Below, piece by piece: positions 41,861 to 56,684 of a stretch of 64,000 bases of DNA. The position numbers and the translations under genes were made by a program. This DNA comes from Octopus vulgaris (lineage: Eukaryota), in the NCBI GenBank assembly GCA_951406725.2, contig OX597816.1, forward strand, positions 101,556,001-101,620,000, in the 5' to 3' direction. The first letter of the stretch is position 1. Every line of letters begins with the position of its first letter. The notes beneath the pieces are model-generated. The model worked only from the letters and a program-made list of their open reading frames with translations. It ran no database searches and was not told where the DNA came from.

Positions 41861-43691
41861 CTCATATCTGTATTTTCTCAGTTTTTGTTTGCTGATCTAT
41901 CTTTTTTAAAGATGTCGTTTGTTGTTATTTATTCCAACGTCATCTCTCAACAGACAAACCTTATATAAAACGTTCCAGCTCATTTTATTTTCAAGATATT
42001 CCTGTAGAAATGCATTATCTAATGTGTTCTTCCTTTTTAAGAATGTTTGAGAAATACTGGACGTTGTTTCTTAAGGTGGAGCAACCATGTAGAAATTTTC
42101 TATTTGATTCTAGACGTTTCTCGAATGGCAGTGCTTCTGTTTGTATGTCTGAAAGATAATAGTTCGAACCTTGTCGACAGAACTGCAAAAATAACAATTT
42201 AAAATTTTGTTGAACTCACAGACCCCTTATTTATAAAATACATTATTGTGCATTATAATAAACACTGTCTTATAACTGAAGACTAAGTCTTTTGTATTCA
42301 CTTGAACCAAACTTTTGTCAACTACACCCTCTCTTTCACGCATTTATTTTGTGACATATGTTATTTGTAAGTTGTTGTTGCTTTATTTTAATTCCAAAAT
42401 ATAAAGAAGATGCTTTGCAAGTGAGAGATGCCAATTGTCTGCACGAACCAAATTCTATGTGTTTAGCAAAGTAAGTTTATAGTTGTTTATCCGGAGCAGA
42501 ATCGTAAGCTTGACAAACAGTGAACAAAAAATAATTTCAAGTATTTTAAAATATTGCAATGAATAGAGGTAAATATAGGCTCAAAGATTAATGTTAATGA
42601 AAATTGATGAAAAGCATAGGAGCGACAAATCCGATAATTATGCATGCACTGTGTAAATGAAAGCATTAACTTTGAGATTAATATGAATAAATTTTATCAA
42701 ACCTTAATAACTACAGTGGCAACTGGGGATAGTTTTGGTCTTTTAGTTGTAACACCGACATCCTATACATCTATATATAGAACATTTGTAACTAAATAAG
42801 GCAATACCTGGAGAAAGATACGCTTTGCTTATTAGTCTAAGACCGATATAGAACCGGAGATCCAAGCAAATAGTTTCACTTTCTCTTCTCATTATAGAAA
42901 TAATTTTAATTAGTTGAACATTTTTTATCATTTTAAGTGTAAAGTATATTAGTATTTACTTAACGAATGTATCACATGCAGATGGAGTCCCTAAGTAACT
43001 TCCTTGCTTTCGCAGTGCATATGCACTTAATTCTTGGGTGGAGGAAGTTAAAAGGAGTCGTAGTGACATATGAATGAGTTGATATGTTAAGATTCACTAC
43101 AATCTCATACACCGCCAGCTTCTACCCCTAAATTGATGCCTCAAGGATTCTCTTAATCTTACGGAAACCATAACGTAACGCAATGCACTATCTCTGTCAT
43201 AGGAACATATCTACACACATGCACACGCACTCACACACACACACACACACACACACACATGCCACACATACACCAGAAAAAGAAACACAGTCACACACAT
43301 AATACACATAATCACGAACACATACTAAACAAAAAATTCGTGCCGTCGACATATACGTCACGAGTCGTCTGTCTGTATGTACACACATACAAATATATTT
43401 GACTTTAGGAATGCTCCTTTCGCTCTTCCTCTCTCTGCTCTCGCTCCCCTCACGCCCCTCCCTCTCCTCTCTTCCTCTCCCCCTCTCACTCTTTGCTCTT
43501 TGTCGCTACACACACACACACAAACACACACACATACATATGTGTGTATAGATATAAGGCATTTACAAGTAAAACCTGAGACAGCAAGACCTGTTCTTTT
43601 TTTTTCCTGTATTACACCGTATATTATAAATGTATGTCTTATAAAACATTTTCATTTTCATTTAAAAATAGCTTGCCGCTATTTCTGTGTG

Positions 43692-43754
<63 letters not shown>

Positions 43755-43892
43755 AGAGATGGGGCTAAGTGTCTGTATAGTAGTGCATAAGTACGTGTGA
43801 ATATGTCTACACACACACATATATATATGGATATCCTTGTTGCTTATTTTGATTATATATATATATAAAATCAAAATAAGCAACAAGGATAT

Positions 43893-43946
<54 letters not shown>

Positions 43947-43960
43947 TTTTAAGGATTTAA

Positions 43961-44018
<58 letters not shown>

Positions 44019-44034
44019 GTATGTATATATATAA

Positions 44035-44231
44035 GCCGAATATTCATAGTCATTAGCACGCCGGGCGAAATACTTTGTGGTATTTTGTTTGTCCTTACGT
44101 TCTGAGTTCAAATCCCGCCGAAATCGACCTTGCCTTTCAACCTTTCGAGGTCGGTAAATTAAGTACCAGTTGCGTTCTGGGGTCGATCTAATCCACTGGC
44201 CTTGTGCCTAGAGTAGAAAAGATTATTATTA
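44035..44231 (+). mobile_element. SINE family B
   Basis: TTAGCACGCCGGGCGAAAT..GTTCTGAGTTCAAAT..AAGTACCAGTT..GTAGAAAAGATTATTATT. Confidence 0.85.
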
Positions 44232-45305
44232 TTTTGGTTTGGCTCAGGTTCGGTCTTATTCTTGGTACGATTTATGTCAATGGAATTCTTGCTTTCTAAG
44301 AGACAAACTTTCTGTAGGAGCTCTATCGGGCATTCTATTCCAATCTCCCTCACCCATTTGTCTATATCTTTATTTACTGTTCCCATCGCACCAGTTATTA
44401 CAAGCATGACCTTTACTGTCCTCGTGCTCCAAATTCTTCCTATTTCAAATTTTAAGGGATTGTATTTATTTTCTTCTTTTTTTCACGATCCTGGACTCAA
44501 ACGGTGATGAGGAGTTGATCAGTAAGCAACTTAGCTTTTCCTTATCTGTAATTGTTATGTTCGGCCTATTATTTTATAACTTCTTATCCGTTTAAATAGG
44601 AAAGTCCCACAAAATCTTATATTTCTCCGATTCTCATACTTTTTCGACTCACTGATTGTAACGTGTTTCCAGCTTCAAATTCCCATTTCTGTCACAGTTT
44701 CCTTGTGTAAAACTTTTCCAACCTGTCCGTGCTTCCATTTCTTATATTCTTCTTGTGCCAGCTTGGGGCATTCTGTAACAATGTGTGCCACTGTCTCGTT
44801 CCAAGTTTCACAGGCTCTACATTTTTCTGACACGTTCTCTCCACAAATATTTTTTTAAGTTGTTTGTTTTTATCGCTTGATCTTGGGCTGCTACAATCAG
44901 GCTCTCTGTTTCTTTTGTTAATTGTCCCTTTTTTACGCAACGTCAGGATTTTGTTTCATATACGTCTCCAGTGACTCTCCAAAATTGGTCATGTAGGGGT
45001 TTCTCTTCAATCTGTCTGACGTGATCTCTTTGTATTTCATTCTTGTCCTAACGCGCTTGATCACCTGTTCTTTATTTATGGTCTTCATTAGTTTTTCTGC
45101 GCTGCTCTGTAAATACTCTGCTAGACATTTTCTTTCCATCTGTACACATCCTTCTACTGGTATTAAGCCTCTTCCACCCTGGACCCTCATCAAGTACAGC
45201 CGGTTGATTTCAGCTTCCGAATGGTGGGCTCCACACATTGTCAACAACTTCTTAGTTTTTCTGTCAGGTTTCTTTATATCGTTTTTGGTCCAGTCAGGAA
45301 CCTTA
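44232..45305 (-). pseudogene. R4/Dong-clade LINE 3' portion, same subfamily as 19120-19883
   Basis: RLYLMRVQGGRGL, ETESLIVAAQDQA, VITGAMG..IECPIELLQKVCLL; 3' UTR AAGACCGAACCTGAGCC followed by AATAATAAT. Confidence 0.88.
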
Positions 45306-45484
45306 TTGGCTTAGAGCTGTTTCTGCTATAAGATTTCTGTTATAAGCTGCAATGCACTTATAGTTGAATGCTTGTGTATCTTGAAATCATAGTGTGATAC
45401 GCAAGCTTATTCTTCATCATCAACATTATTATCATCATTAACATCATTCTCATCATCACAACCATTATTATTATTATCTTCGCT

Positions 45485-46065
45485 AAGGCGGCGAGCTGGC
45501 AGGAACGTTAGCACGCCGGGCGAAATGTCTAGCGGTATTTCGTCTGCCGCTACGATCTGAGTTCAAATTCCGCCGAGGTCGACTTTGCCTTTCATCTTTT
45601 CGGGATCGGTTAAATATGTACCAGTTACGCACTGGGGTCGATATAATCGACTTAATCCGTTTGTCTGTCCTTGTTTGTCCTCTGTGTTTAGCCCTTGTAG
45701 GTCGTAAAGAAATAGGTATTTCGTCTGTCTTTACGTTCTGAGTTCAAATTCCGCCGAGGTCGACTTTGCCTTTCAACTTTCGGGGTTCATAACTTAAGTA
45801 CCAGTTACGGACTGGGGTCGATCTAATCGACTGGTTCACTCCCCCAAAATTTCGGACCTTGTACCTAGAGTAGAAAAGACTATTATTTTCACTAATTTGG
45901 AGACCTGGCAGAAAGCTCGCCCGTCGGACGAAATTTTTAGTGGCATTTCTTCCGGCTTTACCTTCTAAGCTCAAATTCCGCTGAGGTCAACTTTACGTTT
46001 TATCCTTACGGCGTCGATAAAATAAGTGCCAGTTGAGCACTGAATACGATGCAATCAACTAGAAC
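45485..46065 (+). mobile_element. Tandem SINE family B cluster (long dimer-like copy 45485-45888, then 45905-46065)
   Basis: Core GTTCAAATTCCGCCGAGGTCGACTTTGCCTTTCA occurs three times. Confidence 0.85.
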
Positions 46066-46088
46066 CCCTTGTACTTAATTAACTTCTT

Positions 46089-46134
<46 letters not shown>

Positions 46135-46181
46135 ACACACACACCCTTTTCTCTCTCTCTCTCTCTTTCTCACACACACAC

Positions 46182-46217
<36 letters not shown>

Positions 46218-46466
46218 GATTGTAACTGTAATTCAAAAGTTAAACCTGGTTACATTGTGCCACACCAATTCGGTCAAGTGCCAATGGAATACCCAGTCTT
46301 CACTAGTAGGAACACGGTTGATTGACCAACTGAATATTCAGCCACCAGTATGGATACCTTAATCGTAGTTTGTTTCTCCCAGCTGCTTGGCTATTATCTA
46401 TCTGTTTATTTAAATGCATGCAGATAAACGCATAGACCAACAATCACTGATATAAATGGATATATC

Positions 46467-46605
46467 GTTTACTTGTTTTAGTCATTAAACTATGGTCATG
46501 CTGGGGTACCGCCTTGAAGAAATCTTTAGTCGATCCCAGTACTTTTTGAAACCTGGTATTTATTCTATCGATTACTTTTGCCGAACCGCAAGCTTACAGA
46601 AAACT
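46467..46605 (+). mobile_element. Interspersed repeat family F (also about 37700-37870 and 60660-60828)
   Basis: Shared TTTTACTTGTTT..TCATT..G.CAT.C..GG.ACCGCCTT..GGTAC.TATTCTATCG..GCCGAACCG.TAAGTTA.GGAGA. Confidence 0.65.
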
Positions 46606-46850
46606 AAGATGAGAGTGTATATATATATAAATATATATATAGTTCAGAAAACACAAAAGAGGAAGACAGGTGAGGGGAGAACAAGCAGGTATTAGTTTGA
46701 CACTCGAGAAGAATGGAAAAGTCTTTGGCGTTTCGAGTCTACGCTCTTCGACAAAAAAAGGTTGAGAGGAAAAAATGGAGAGAGAAGGAAAAAAACACAG
46801 AGAGAAAAATGTGTAGGGAATAACGGTTCAACATAATGAAATGGCCCCAT

Positions 46851-46894
<44 letters not shown>

Positions 46895-47539
46895 TTTTGT
46901 TGTTGTCACTGTTTTGTCTTCGTAACCCTCACTGAGAAGACCTATGACCAAAGACATTTCAATCGCGATCCTCCCATCTTGTTTTCTTATAAGAAATATC
47001 TATAACTAAAAAGGCCCGTTGTCAAGCGGTTAAGTAACTGGCCTCTCAATCGTGACTTTATGGGTTCGATTCCCACCACTTTATTTCACAATGCTCCTGC
47101 CTACTCGGCTGGCAAAAATGAACATTAAGAGTGGCAGGGTATCTGGTCAGCAACAACATAGTCTTGCAGTGTTAATGAATTAGAGGTACGACCCAAAACA
47201 TTCGAGCAAGACGGCGGAAACATTGAGTTGCGGGCTGCTGTGCCCTGTCTTTGCCCTTTCATACCTATAACTACACTGATGCGCTTCATTTTTTTAAAGT
47301 CGTTATGATGTGGATTCAGGTGAATTCAGCAACTGTTTTGGCTGGCCAATATCATAGAGACTATACGTTAGGCCTTGGAGGTTTTAAAGGCATATAGAGT
47401 TGCAGACATAGACAGACAGTAGAGAAAGGAAGTGTTTTTTCTTCTTTTTCATATGTATTTATCAGTATAAGTAGACAGAGACAGGAGGAAGTTTGTCTGT
47501 GATACTTGAGAACATTGTGCTCTAAAGGAAATTGTGAAA

Positions 47540-47982
<443 letters not shown>

Positions 47983-49815
47983 TTGTTTAAGAACATCAAC
48001 AACCGCAATTACCGTAATAAGAAGAAAAACAACAGCAGCAACAGCAGACAAACAACATTAACAAAGGCAGCAGTGAATCAAATTAATAAAATACCAAATG
48101 CCTGGAACTCTCCAAGTAGCATTGGTGACGAATCGGAAAGGTTTCTGCACTCTCCCGCCCTTTTTTTTTTTCGGTTGTAATACAGCCAGCCCTTCCATCA
48201 AACCATGCTGAATCAATGCTCAATCCGCCCCCTCATACACCTTCACATACACACACACACACACACACACACATACACACTGAGGCATGCACATGCACAC
48301 ATGCATAAACGCACGCATGCACACGCTCACATGCACAAATGCACACGCACACACATGAACGTACAGCCACCGCCGTATAGACGCCATTAAAGTGTGGCAG
48401 GGAGATTAAGACACTGCTTTGTCTTCCAACTGACAGATCACGACCAGTTGACAAATGAGAATCTTGTCTACCGTGTCATCTACGTTGTGTATGTTTGATT
48501 GCTTATGCTTTTTATTATCTTTTTTAAGTCCTAGCTAATCTTTTTGTTTACTAACTCTAAATCATGCAAATCGCGCTGCAAATGTTAACGTCGGCCTGCG
48601 TGCACGCATGCATATGTATGTGTGTACGAGTGCATATATATTTATATACGTACTTGTGTTTGTGACTGTGTGTGCTTGTGTGTGTGTGTGTATGAATTGG
48701 GGTGAATATGTGTGTTATAATAGATTGAATATGTTTGCGTTTAATACTTTAAATCATGCAAGCTGCCCTGAAAACGTTAACAGGAGCATGTATGTTTTAT
48801 TCCAATATGTATGTGCATGCGAGCGCATGTGAGTGTCTGTTTGTGCATGTGTGTGTGCGTGTGCGTGCACGCGTGCGGCTGGGTGTTATGAATTTTTATA
48901 CGTGTATATATATATATATATATATATATCCGTATACGTGTATGGATTTGAGTGCATTCGCACGCATGATCATGTTTGTGCAATTTTATTTTCGAGTGTA
49001 CGTGTGCCGTGTGTGAATGTGTTGCATGAAAATTGTTTGTATGGAAATTTCTCTTTGTTTATGCAAAGCTTTATCTGTTTGTCTATATATTCCTGTAAGT
49101 ATTGCTTTTAGCTACGTAATTTAAATGTATGGATGTCTATATGTACATACTCAAGTGTATGTGTATTGTTGTGAGTGTGGGTGGATAAATATAAGCATAT
49201 GTGTGTAAACATAAGTTTGTAAATATTTCGAATATGCAGAATAGTTTATTTGTGCATATGTATGCGTGTATATATGCTATTCTGCGTTAGCGTGAATATG
49301 TGTGCTTGTTTCTGCACGCGTTTACATGAATCAGTATAAACATATGCAAATATCAATGAACTTATTCGCATTTGTGTTTATGAATTTAAGAAAAGTGTTT
49401 ACCTCTCTGGGGAATTTTCAGAGAAGTTGTCTGTGTCTTTGTACGTGTATGTAGACGGGCGGGGATGGCCGAGTGTTTCAGAAGTTCATTTCCCAATCAT
49501 GAGAAAATTTTGATGTTATTGCTTGCTATCTTGCTATCTATTGACAAAGCTTTGGGTTAACACAAACTTCGTGAATAAAATTGGATCGATGAAGACTGTG
49601 TATAAGACTATCGGATGGATAGTACCTGTAAATCAAAAGGCCGTTTACCTGAGTATTATGCTGAAACACAGGTGTATGTAGAATACTCAGTTTCTTCCAC
49701 CCTAACTGTGAGTAGCTAGTCTATTTGGAATAACTGGAAGAAACATCGTCGAAACTGATGGAGGAACCATTCACATTATTTGTATGCGTATGTATGTGTT
49801 TGTGTGTGTGTGTTT

Positions 49816-49866
<51 letters not shown>

Positions 49867-50341
49867 CTTTTATGTGCAGACATTTGCGCGTGAGTGTAAA
49901 TATATGTCTATGTGCATGTGAATATCAGCGCGTAATTAACCAAAGGTATTTTTCTATATGAATATATCCACATAGTTGCACAAGTGTATGTTAATATGTA
50001 AATATGCTGATATGCGTATACCCATGGTAAGTGTAAATATCAATATACGTTCAAGCTTTCTTAAAGTTATTTGGATACAGATATGTGTGCGTAAGTGCTT
50101 GGAGTTGTGAGTTTACATGAATATACGTTATGTGTACGGTGTGTAGATGTGTGCGAATACGTACCCAGAGACATGAGTACGTAAATATGAATGCATGAAT
50201 GCTCAAAGATATGTGTATATTCTAATATATCAGCATATGTTCTCGGGTGTATATATGAATATGTGAACATATCAGCATGCTTACTCATTGACGTATATAC
50301 GAATATATGTGTGCATGAGTGCTGAAATGCATGTATGTATG

Positions 50342-50609
<268 letters not shown>

Positions 50610-50925
50610 TCCTATTCGTATTTATTGCTCTGTTGATCCGTGCGTAAGTTATGTGTTGATATGCAAATACCCCGCATATATTTTACAAACCAATAACAAC
50701 GGCATAATCTCACGCACATATAGGCGTATAGAAACGCACAAGCGAAGGTATGCACACATGTACACAAGCCTAAACCTATACACAAGCTTTATGCATGATT
50801 TTGTGTCTAGACATATACATAAACATATATATTTCTTAATTAATGCGAATATATGTACATATATATACATACACAGACACATACATATATACATACATAC
50901 ATACAAACATTCATATGTGTGTGTG

Positions 50926-50987
<62 letters not shown>

Positions 50988-51171
50988 TGTGTAACACACA
51001 GAAATCAAGGTGTAGGAAGAAAGTTAATTTCAAGTAATCTGTAGTAAATATTTAAGAACTTTCAGAGACAATAGTGGTTTATTGAGACGGAAGGTTGTGA
51101 ATTTTTTCATATCGATGGGCGATAAGCGCGGATCTTACCTACTCCATTCAATAACTGTTATATATATAATA

Positions 51172-51333
51172 GGCGCAGGAGTGGCTGTGTGGTAAGTAGC
51201 TTGCTTACCAACCACATGGTTCTGAGTTCAGTCCCACTGCGTGGGACTTTGGCCAAGTGTCTTCTACTATTGCCTCGGGCCAACCAAAGCTTTGTGAGTG
51301 GATTTGGTAGACGGAAACTGAAAGAAACTTGTC

Positions 51334-51336
<3 letters not shown>
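51172..51336 (+). mobile_element. CORE-like tRNA SINE, family E, with (TA)n tail
   Basis: GGCGCAGGAGTGGCTGTGTGGTAAGTAG (A box), GAGTTCAGTCCC (B box), ACTTTGGCCAAGTGTCTT CORE-like segment. Confidence 0.85.
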
Positions 51337-51407
<71 letters not shown>

Positions 51408-51557
51408 ATGTGTGTGTGTGTGTATGTCTGTATGTATGTATGTATGTATGTATGTATGTATGCATGTATGTATGTATGTATGTATGTATGTATGTATGTA
51501 TTATGCATGTATTTGCTCGACTAAAGGCTATGACTGAAACAAATAAAAGGATATATA

Positions 51558-51652
51558 TACCAAATCCGCTCACAAGTCTTTGGTGGGTCTGGGATTATAC
51601 TAGAAGACACTTGCTCAAGGTGCCACGCAGTAATATTGCAACTGGAACCATT
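51558..51652 (-). mobile_element. Partial inverted SINE family E
   Basis: CCAAATCCGCTCACAAG..TAGAAGACACTTGCTCAAGGTGCCACGCAGT is the reverse complement of the family E body. Confidence 0.75.
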
Positions 51653-52329
51653 TTGGGAAGAAATATTCTTATGCAACTATACTTATGTAATTTTAGTTGT
51701 GCGTGTGCGTATGTGTGTTTGTGTTTGTCCATGTTTGCATAGTTACCGATATTAATTAAGCAGTGGAACCTTAATTGAAAGGACTGACGCTTCATTCTTG
51801 TCCCTTGTGCTTGTTTGTGACTATTGCCAACAGTCTGACTACTAACGATAATGAACCCCTTCCTATATATTTATCTCACTATGTTTAGCAGTAGTGGTAC
51901 TGTATATTCATTGTGTGCTAAATTCAAATGTATGTTTAAACCTGTCGATTAATTGATTGATATTGAATCACACACCAATGTTCTCTAACTAATGCTACGC
52001 GGATATATAGCTTTTCTGCAACTATACTAGATTTCCAACCTTTCCTAGCACTTCCACTCAGGCCCGGTCAGTTTATTACGGCTTTATCAATAAACCTGTT
52101 TCTCTTGATATCATTGTCCTCATTGTGTATCACCCACCAGCGCCCTGCACTATAACATTTTTCCACCTGCAACATTCTGGGATTCCCTTCATGTCTATGA
52201 TTTTTCTGTAGGTGTTCACCAGCAAATGATCAAATTGAATATCGAACGCATCGATCTCAGCAGACAGCGAGGGCTTATAGAGCTCAATGTATGTGTATGT
52301 GTATGTATGTATGTATGTATGTATGTGTT

Positions 52330-52443
<114 letters not shown>

Positions 52444-52505
52444 TATATGTATGTTTAGATAGCTTGATAGATTATTTACAGGATCAATATATATGTATAA
52501 ATGCA

Positions 52506-52544
<39 letters not shown>

Positions 52545-52882
52545 GATTGTATGTATGCTTACATTAAGTACTCAATATTTGATGCACATATCCACTGGCT
52601 CATTCATTTTCCAGAGTAAGTATTGCAAAATGTATAGACTTATTAATTAAAGACATCTATCTCTTCTACATAAAGAAAAAGTGCGGTTTCATTTTTGCCA
52701 GGAGATTTTTATCTCAGTTCATTTCGAAGAGTGCGATTAGGCATATTGTTTTCATATCCTCCAAGTACTATTCTCCACTCTATATTACTCCAGTTTGATA
52801 AAGATTACCTGAATTTCAATGATGTCAGATATGGTGGTACGACGTCTGTGTAAACAGCTAACACACTCTCTCTCTCCCTCTT

Positions 52883-52935
<53 letters not shown>

Positions 52936-53836
52936 GCATTTAACTTTTACAGCAAAACATAAAGATTAGATGAAGACAGATCCTCTTTCAAAAAGTACAA
53001 TTAGTTCGTGCGAGAGCAAATATCATTTAATTATGAACAAAAGATGAGAGAAATTACAAAGTGTCCGAAAACTCTCAGCTCCAAATATTTCTGAGATGTT
53101 TACCTTCGATGGAGTGGTCATTTATCCAACATGAGATTTAACTCTCATTTAATATTAGGGAAACCGGAATGAAATAACAACTTCCATTGGTCTATCTTAC
53201 TTATTTGTTTGCTCTCTCTGTAAAGGGAGGCTATCTAAGATAAAACAGGATGTTATGTGGCAGCAGTCCATAACTAAAAATTAACCAAATGATACATGAT
53301 GCAAATTCTATGATGAGAATGAAATAAGAGTTGAGAAGGCCATTACTGAAGATCATTGATTTTTTGCCAAAAACATTATATAAATAACTACAATTTATGA
53401 TAAATATTGTTAGAAGTATTCACTGTGTTATAAATGTTAACCAGCGACCCTCATCCAAGATATATTAAGGTATAAATGGATTTCCGAAAATTTCTTTTTT
53501 TTTTTCCTCTTTTTTTTTAAATATAAGTTGGGGATCAACTAAGGATTAATCGTATTTAGAGGCAAACAAGTGAAATAAATATTTCGGACATTGTCCACAA
53601 GAATTCAGATTTATACAAGAAGTGCAAATATTATTTTGGAGAATTCATACCTTTCATCAAACAATATTATTAACAAAAGAATGGTTTGAGTGAAATGGCT
53701 ATTAGTAGAAATCGAATCCCTGTGAAAAGCTTACCCTAAAGCTTCATGATGATGAAGAAGAGGAAGCGGGGTTTCGTGTGGTGATGGTAGTCGCGATGAT
53801 GATGGTGATGCTCGGGTATTATTATTATTATTATTA

Positions 53837-53891
<55 letters not shown>

Positions 53892-53894
<3 letters not shown>

Positions 53895-54104
53895 GGCGGC
53901 GAGTTGGCAGAATCGTTAGCACGTTGGGCGAAATGCTTAGTATTTCGCCCCGTCGCTACGTTCTGATTTCAAATTCCGCCGAGGTCGACTTTGCCTTTCA
54001 TCCTTTCGGGGTCGATAAATTAAGTACTAGTTGCGTACTGATGTCGATCTTATCGATTGGCCCCCATCACACCCAAAAATTTCAGACCTTATGCCTATAG
54101 TAGA

Positions 54105-54106
<2 letters not shown>
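53892..54106 (+). mobile_element. SINE family B, well preserved, between (ATT)n and (AGT)n
   Basis: AAGGCGGCGAGTTGGCAGAATCGTTAGC..GCCTTTCATCCTTTCGGGGTCGATAAATTAAGTAC..GTAGAAAG. Confidence 0.9.
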
Positions 54107-54177
<71 letters not shown>

Positions 54178-55389
54178 TGTAGTTGTAGTAACAGCAGCAG
54201 CAGCAGCAAACATCAACAAATACAAAAGCACAATCTCCAACAAGAGAAAAGCAGTACCACCTTTCGGAGAGAAAAAAAAACAAAAAAAGAACAGACTGAA
54301 AACAAAGAAACAGACAACTAACATCGACAATAAAGGGAGGGGGGGAAAGGTGTTGTAAGTTGATGGTTTGCTCATGTATTATTTCTACAGCAGGACTGCA
54401 TGATTTAATCAGATTAGCAGCTTTGTTTTGTTCTGGCAATTGTTAAGTAAACATTTATGCCATCGTCATGTTTTCTTGCAAGTTGGAAACTGCTGCTTCT
54501 GGTTGGAAAAGAGATGTAGTGGAAGAGGGGGGAAACTTCACGAAATAAACATATAAATAAAGTACAATAAAGTAAAATAAATGGCGAACAATCTAGCAAA
54601 CAAAGTGTTTCTTTTTTAAAAAAAAAATAACAAATATATACGTTAACAATAACGAAATTTTTCGATAAAATCGTGCGGAGGCGTATTTTGATCCTAGCAT
54701 CTATCGACTTATTTTTTATTTACTAATTTTACCTGTTTTTATAGTTGTTGTTTTTTGTGTAAGAGAGGCAGAGATTATTGTATTTTTTTTTAAATTTTAT
54801 TTCCTGATTCGTTTTAAAACTTCAAAAATATAAGAATACGAAAAAAAATTGAACTTACAAATAATTTGTTTTGCTTTTAAATATAACAATAATACAAATA
54901 ACAACACTCACATTCATAACGACAACAATAATATTAGCATCAATAAGAAAAATAACAACCATAACCATAACAATCGATAACAAATTTAACAAACAAAGAC
55001 ATGTACAGAAGTTCGTAAAAAAGAACATGTAAAAAAGAAAAGAAAATAATGACAAGAAAGACAAGATTTAACATAGAAATAATAAAAGTATTTTCCCCAA
55101 CATTCTGTCGACTTGAATATTTTTTTTTTTGTTCAATTGTCAAGCTGTTTTGTTATTCTGATGTGCATAGTTTAGCGATATTTTCCCCGCTGTTGTTTAC
55201 AAAATACCATTCTATTCAAGATGGCCGATGTAGTAATGCCATGCCAGAAACACAGAAGCGATCGAATGAAACGATTGCTGTCATATTGACAGTTCTATTG
55301 ATAACAGACGACACTTAATATTCAACGTTCAAACACAGTTGTTTGATTTAACATACTAAAACACTGCTTTATATACATACATACATACA

Positions 55390-55424
<35 letters not shown>

Positions 55425-55804
55425 GTCTATGTATGTATGTGTGTGTGTGCGTGCGCGCGTGTGTGTGTGACTTCTATTTTTTACTTATTATAAATCTTCC
55501 ACTGAGGTGGGAGCCGGTTTCCACTAAGATACAAGGCTCCATCTTTGGGATGTAGTTAAAACAGACGAATTCACATTTGGAACTTGAGAAAAGTCTTGCA
55601 TATTTTTACTATTCCACTCACAGATTGCACTTGTTATGTACGAATTAGCCGGTCGCTTTTTTTTCTGAAAATCCCAGTTTATCCAGATTCTCCTTTAAGC
55701 ATTTACTAACAAAACCTAGTGCTCCAATTATGATTGATATGAATATGAATTCATTGTCTGGATATAATGAATCCATAGTCTGGATATAATGTATTCATAG
55801 TCTG

Positions 55805-55973
55805 TATGTATGTATGTATGTATGTATGTATGTATGTATGTATGTATGTATGTATGTATGTATGTATGGATGGATGGATGGATGGATGGATGATGGATGG
55901 ATGGATGGATGGATGGATGGATGGATGGATGGATGGATGGATGGATGGATGGATGGATGGATGGATGGATGGA
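55805..55973 (+). repeat. (TATG)n-(GATG)n tetranucleotide microsatellite
   Basis: Directly visible. Confidence 0.95.
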
Positions 55974-56684
55974 TAATTAATATTAGAATATGTTGGTGTA
56001 ATAACAGTGATATTACCAATTGGTTTCTTACCATAAGTTGAGTACCAGGCCTGGAAATCATCAAAGATTATTTAGTATGACGTGGGCTCTTTTCTACTAG
56101 ACGCCTGAAAGCGTTGCGCCCGATTTGTAAGTTTTATGGTTGTTGCAAAAAGCAGAACAAAATTTGTGAAAGAAATCCCCTATTTCAAATGCAAGGGAAA
56201 AAGTATGGACCAAAAAGGGCTAACTCTGTATATATGATATTTACTTATATGGTGAGGTTGAAACTGAGGAGAGGGTGGGTAGAGGTTCAGGAGTGGGAAG
56301 GTTTTTTTAAAAATAATGTGTGGCCGAGTATATGTATGTGTGTGTGCTTGTGTATATCAAAGTTGTGTGTGGGAAATCTTATATTAATGCCTGAGATTGT
56401 AATAAGGGGAAAGTGTCGATAGGGGAAGCTCCAACGTTTATATTTATGGTATGGTCGGCCATTTTGCTAAGGTATATCTACGGTCATGAGGGCAGGAGCA
56501 AAACAGTTCACTTTTACAGTTTAGGCAAGCACCTGGATAAAGGGAGTCCTTTAAAATTATGTCAAGATAGCGAGTGAAGGATAAGAGATGTTACAGTATG
56601 ACTGAAAGCTTGGGGAGAGCAAGTGGCAGGGACAGTAGCGAAATATTTTCGTTTAATGCAACACAGACATTTAAATTTATAGGG

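Noticed and set aside
53056-53594. Possible Tc1/mariner MITE (GTGTCCGAAA and TTTCGGACAT)
   Set aside because: Inverted match is only about 9-10 bp with no clear TA duplication on the right; insufficient support
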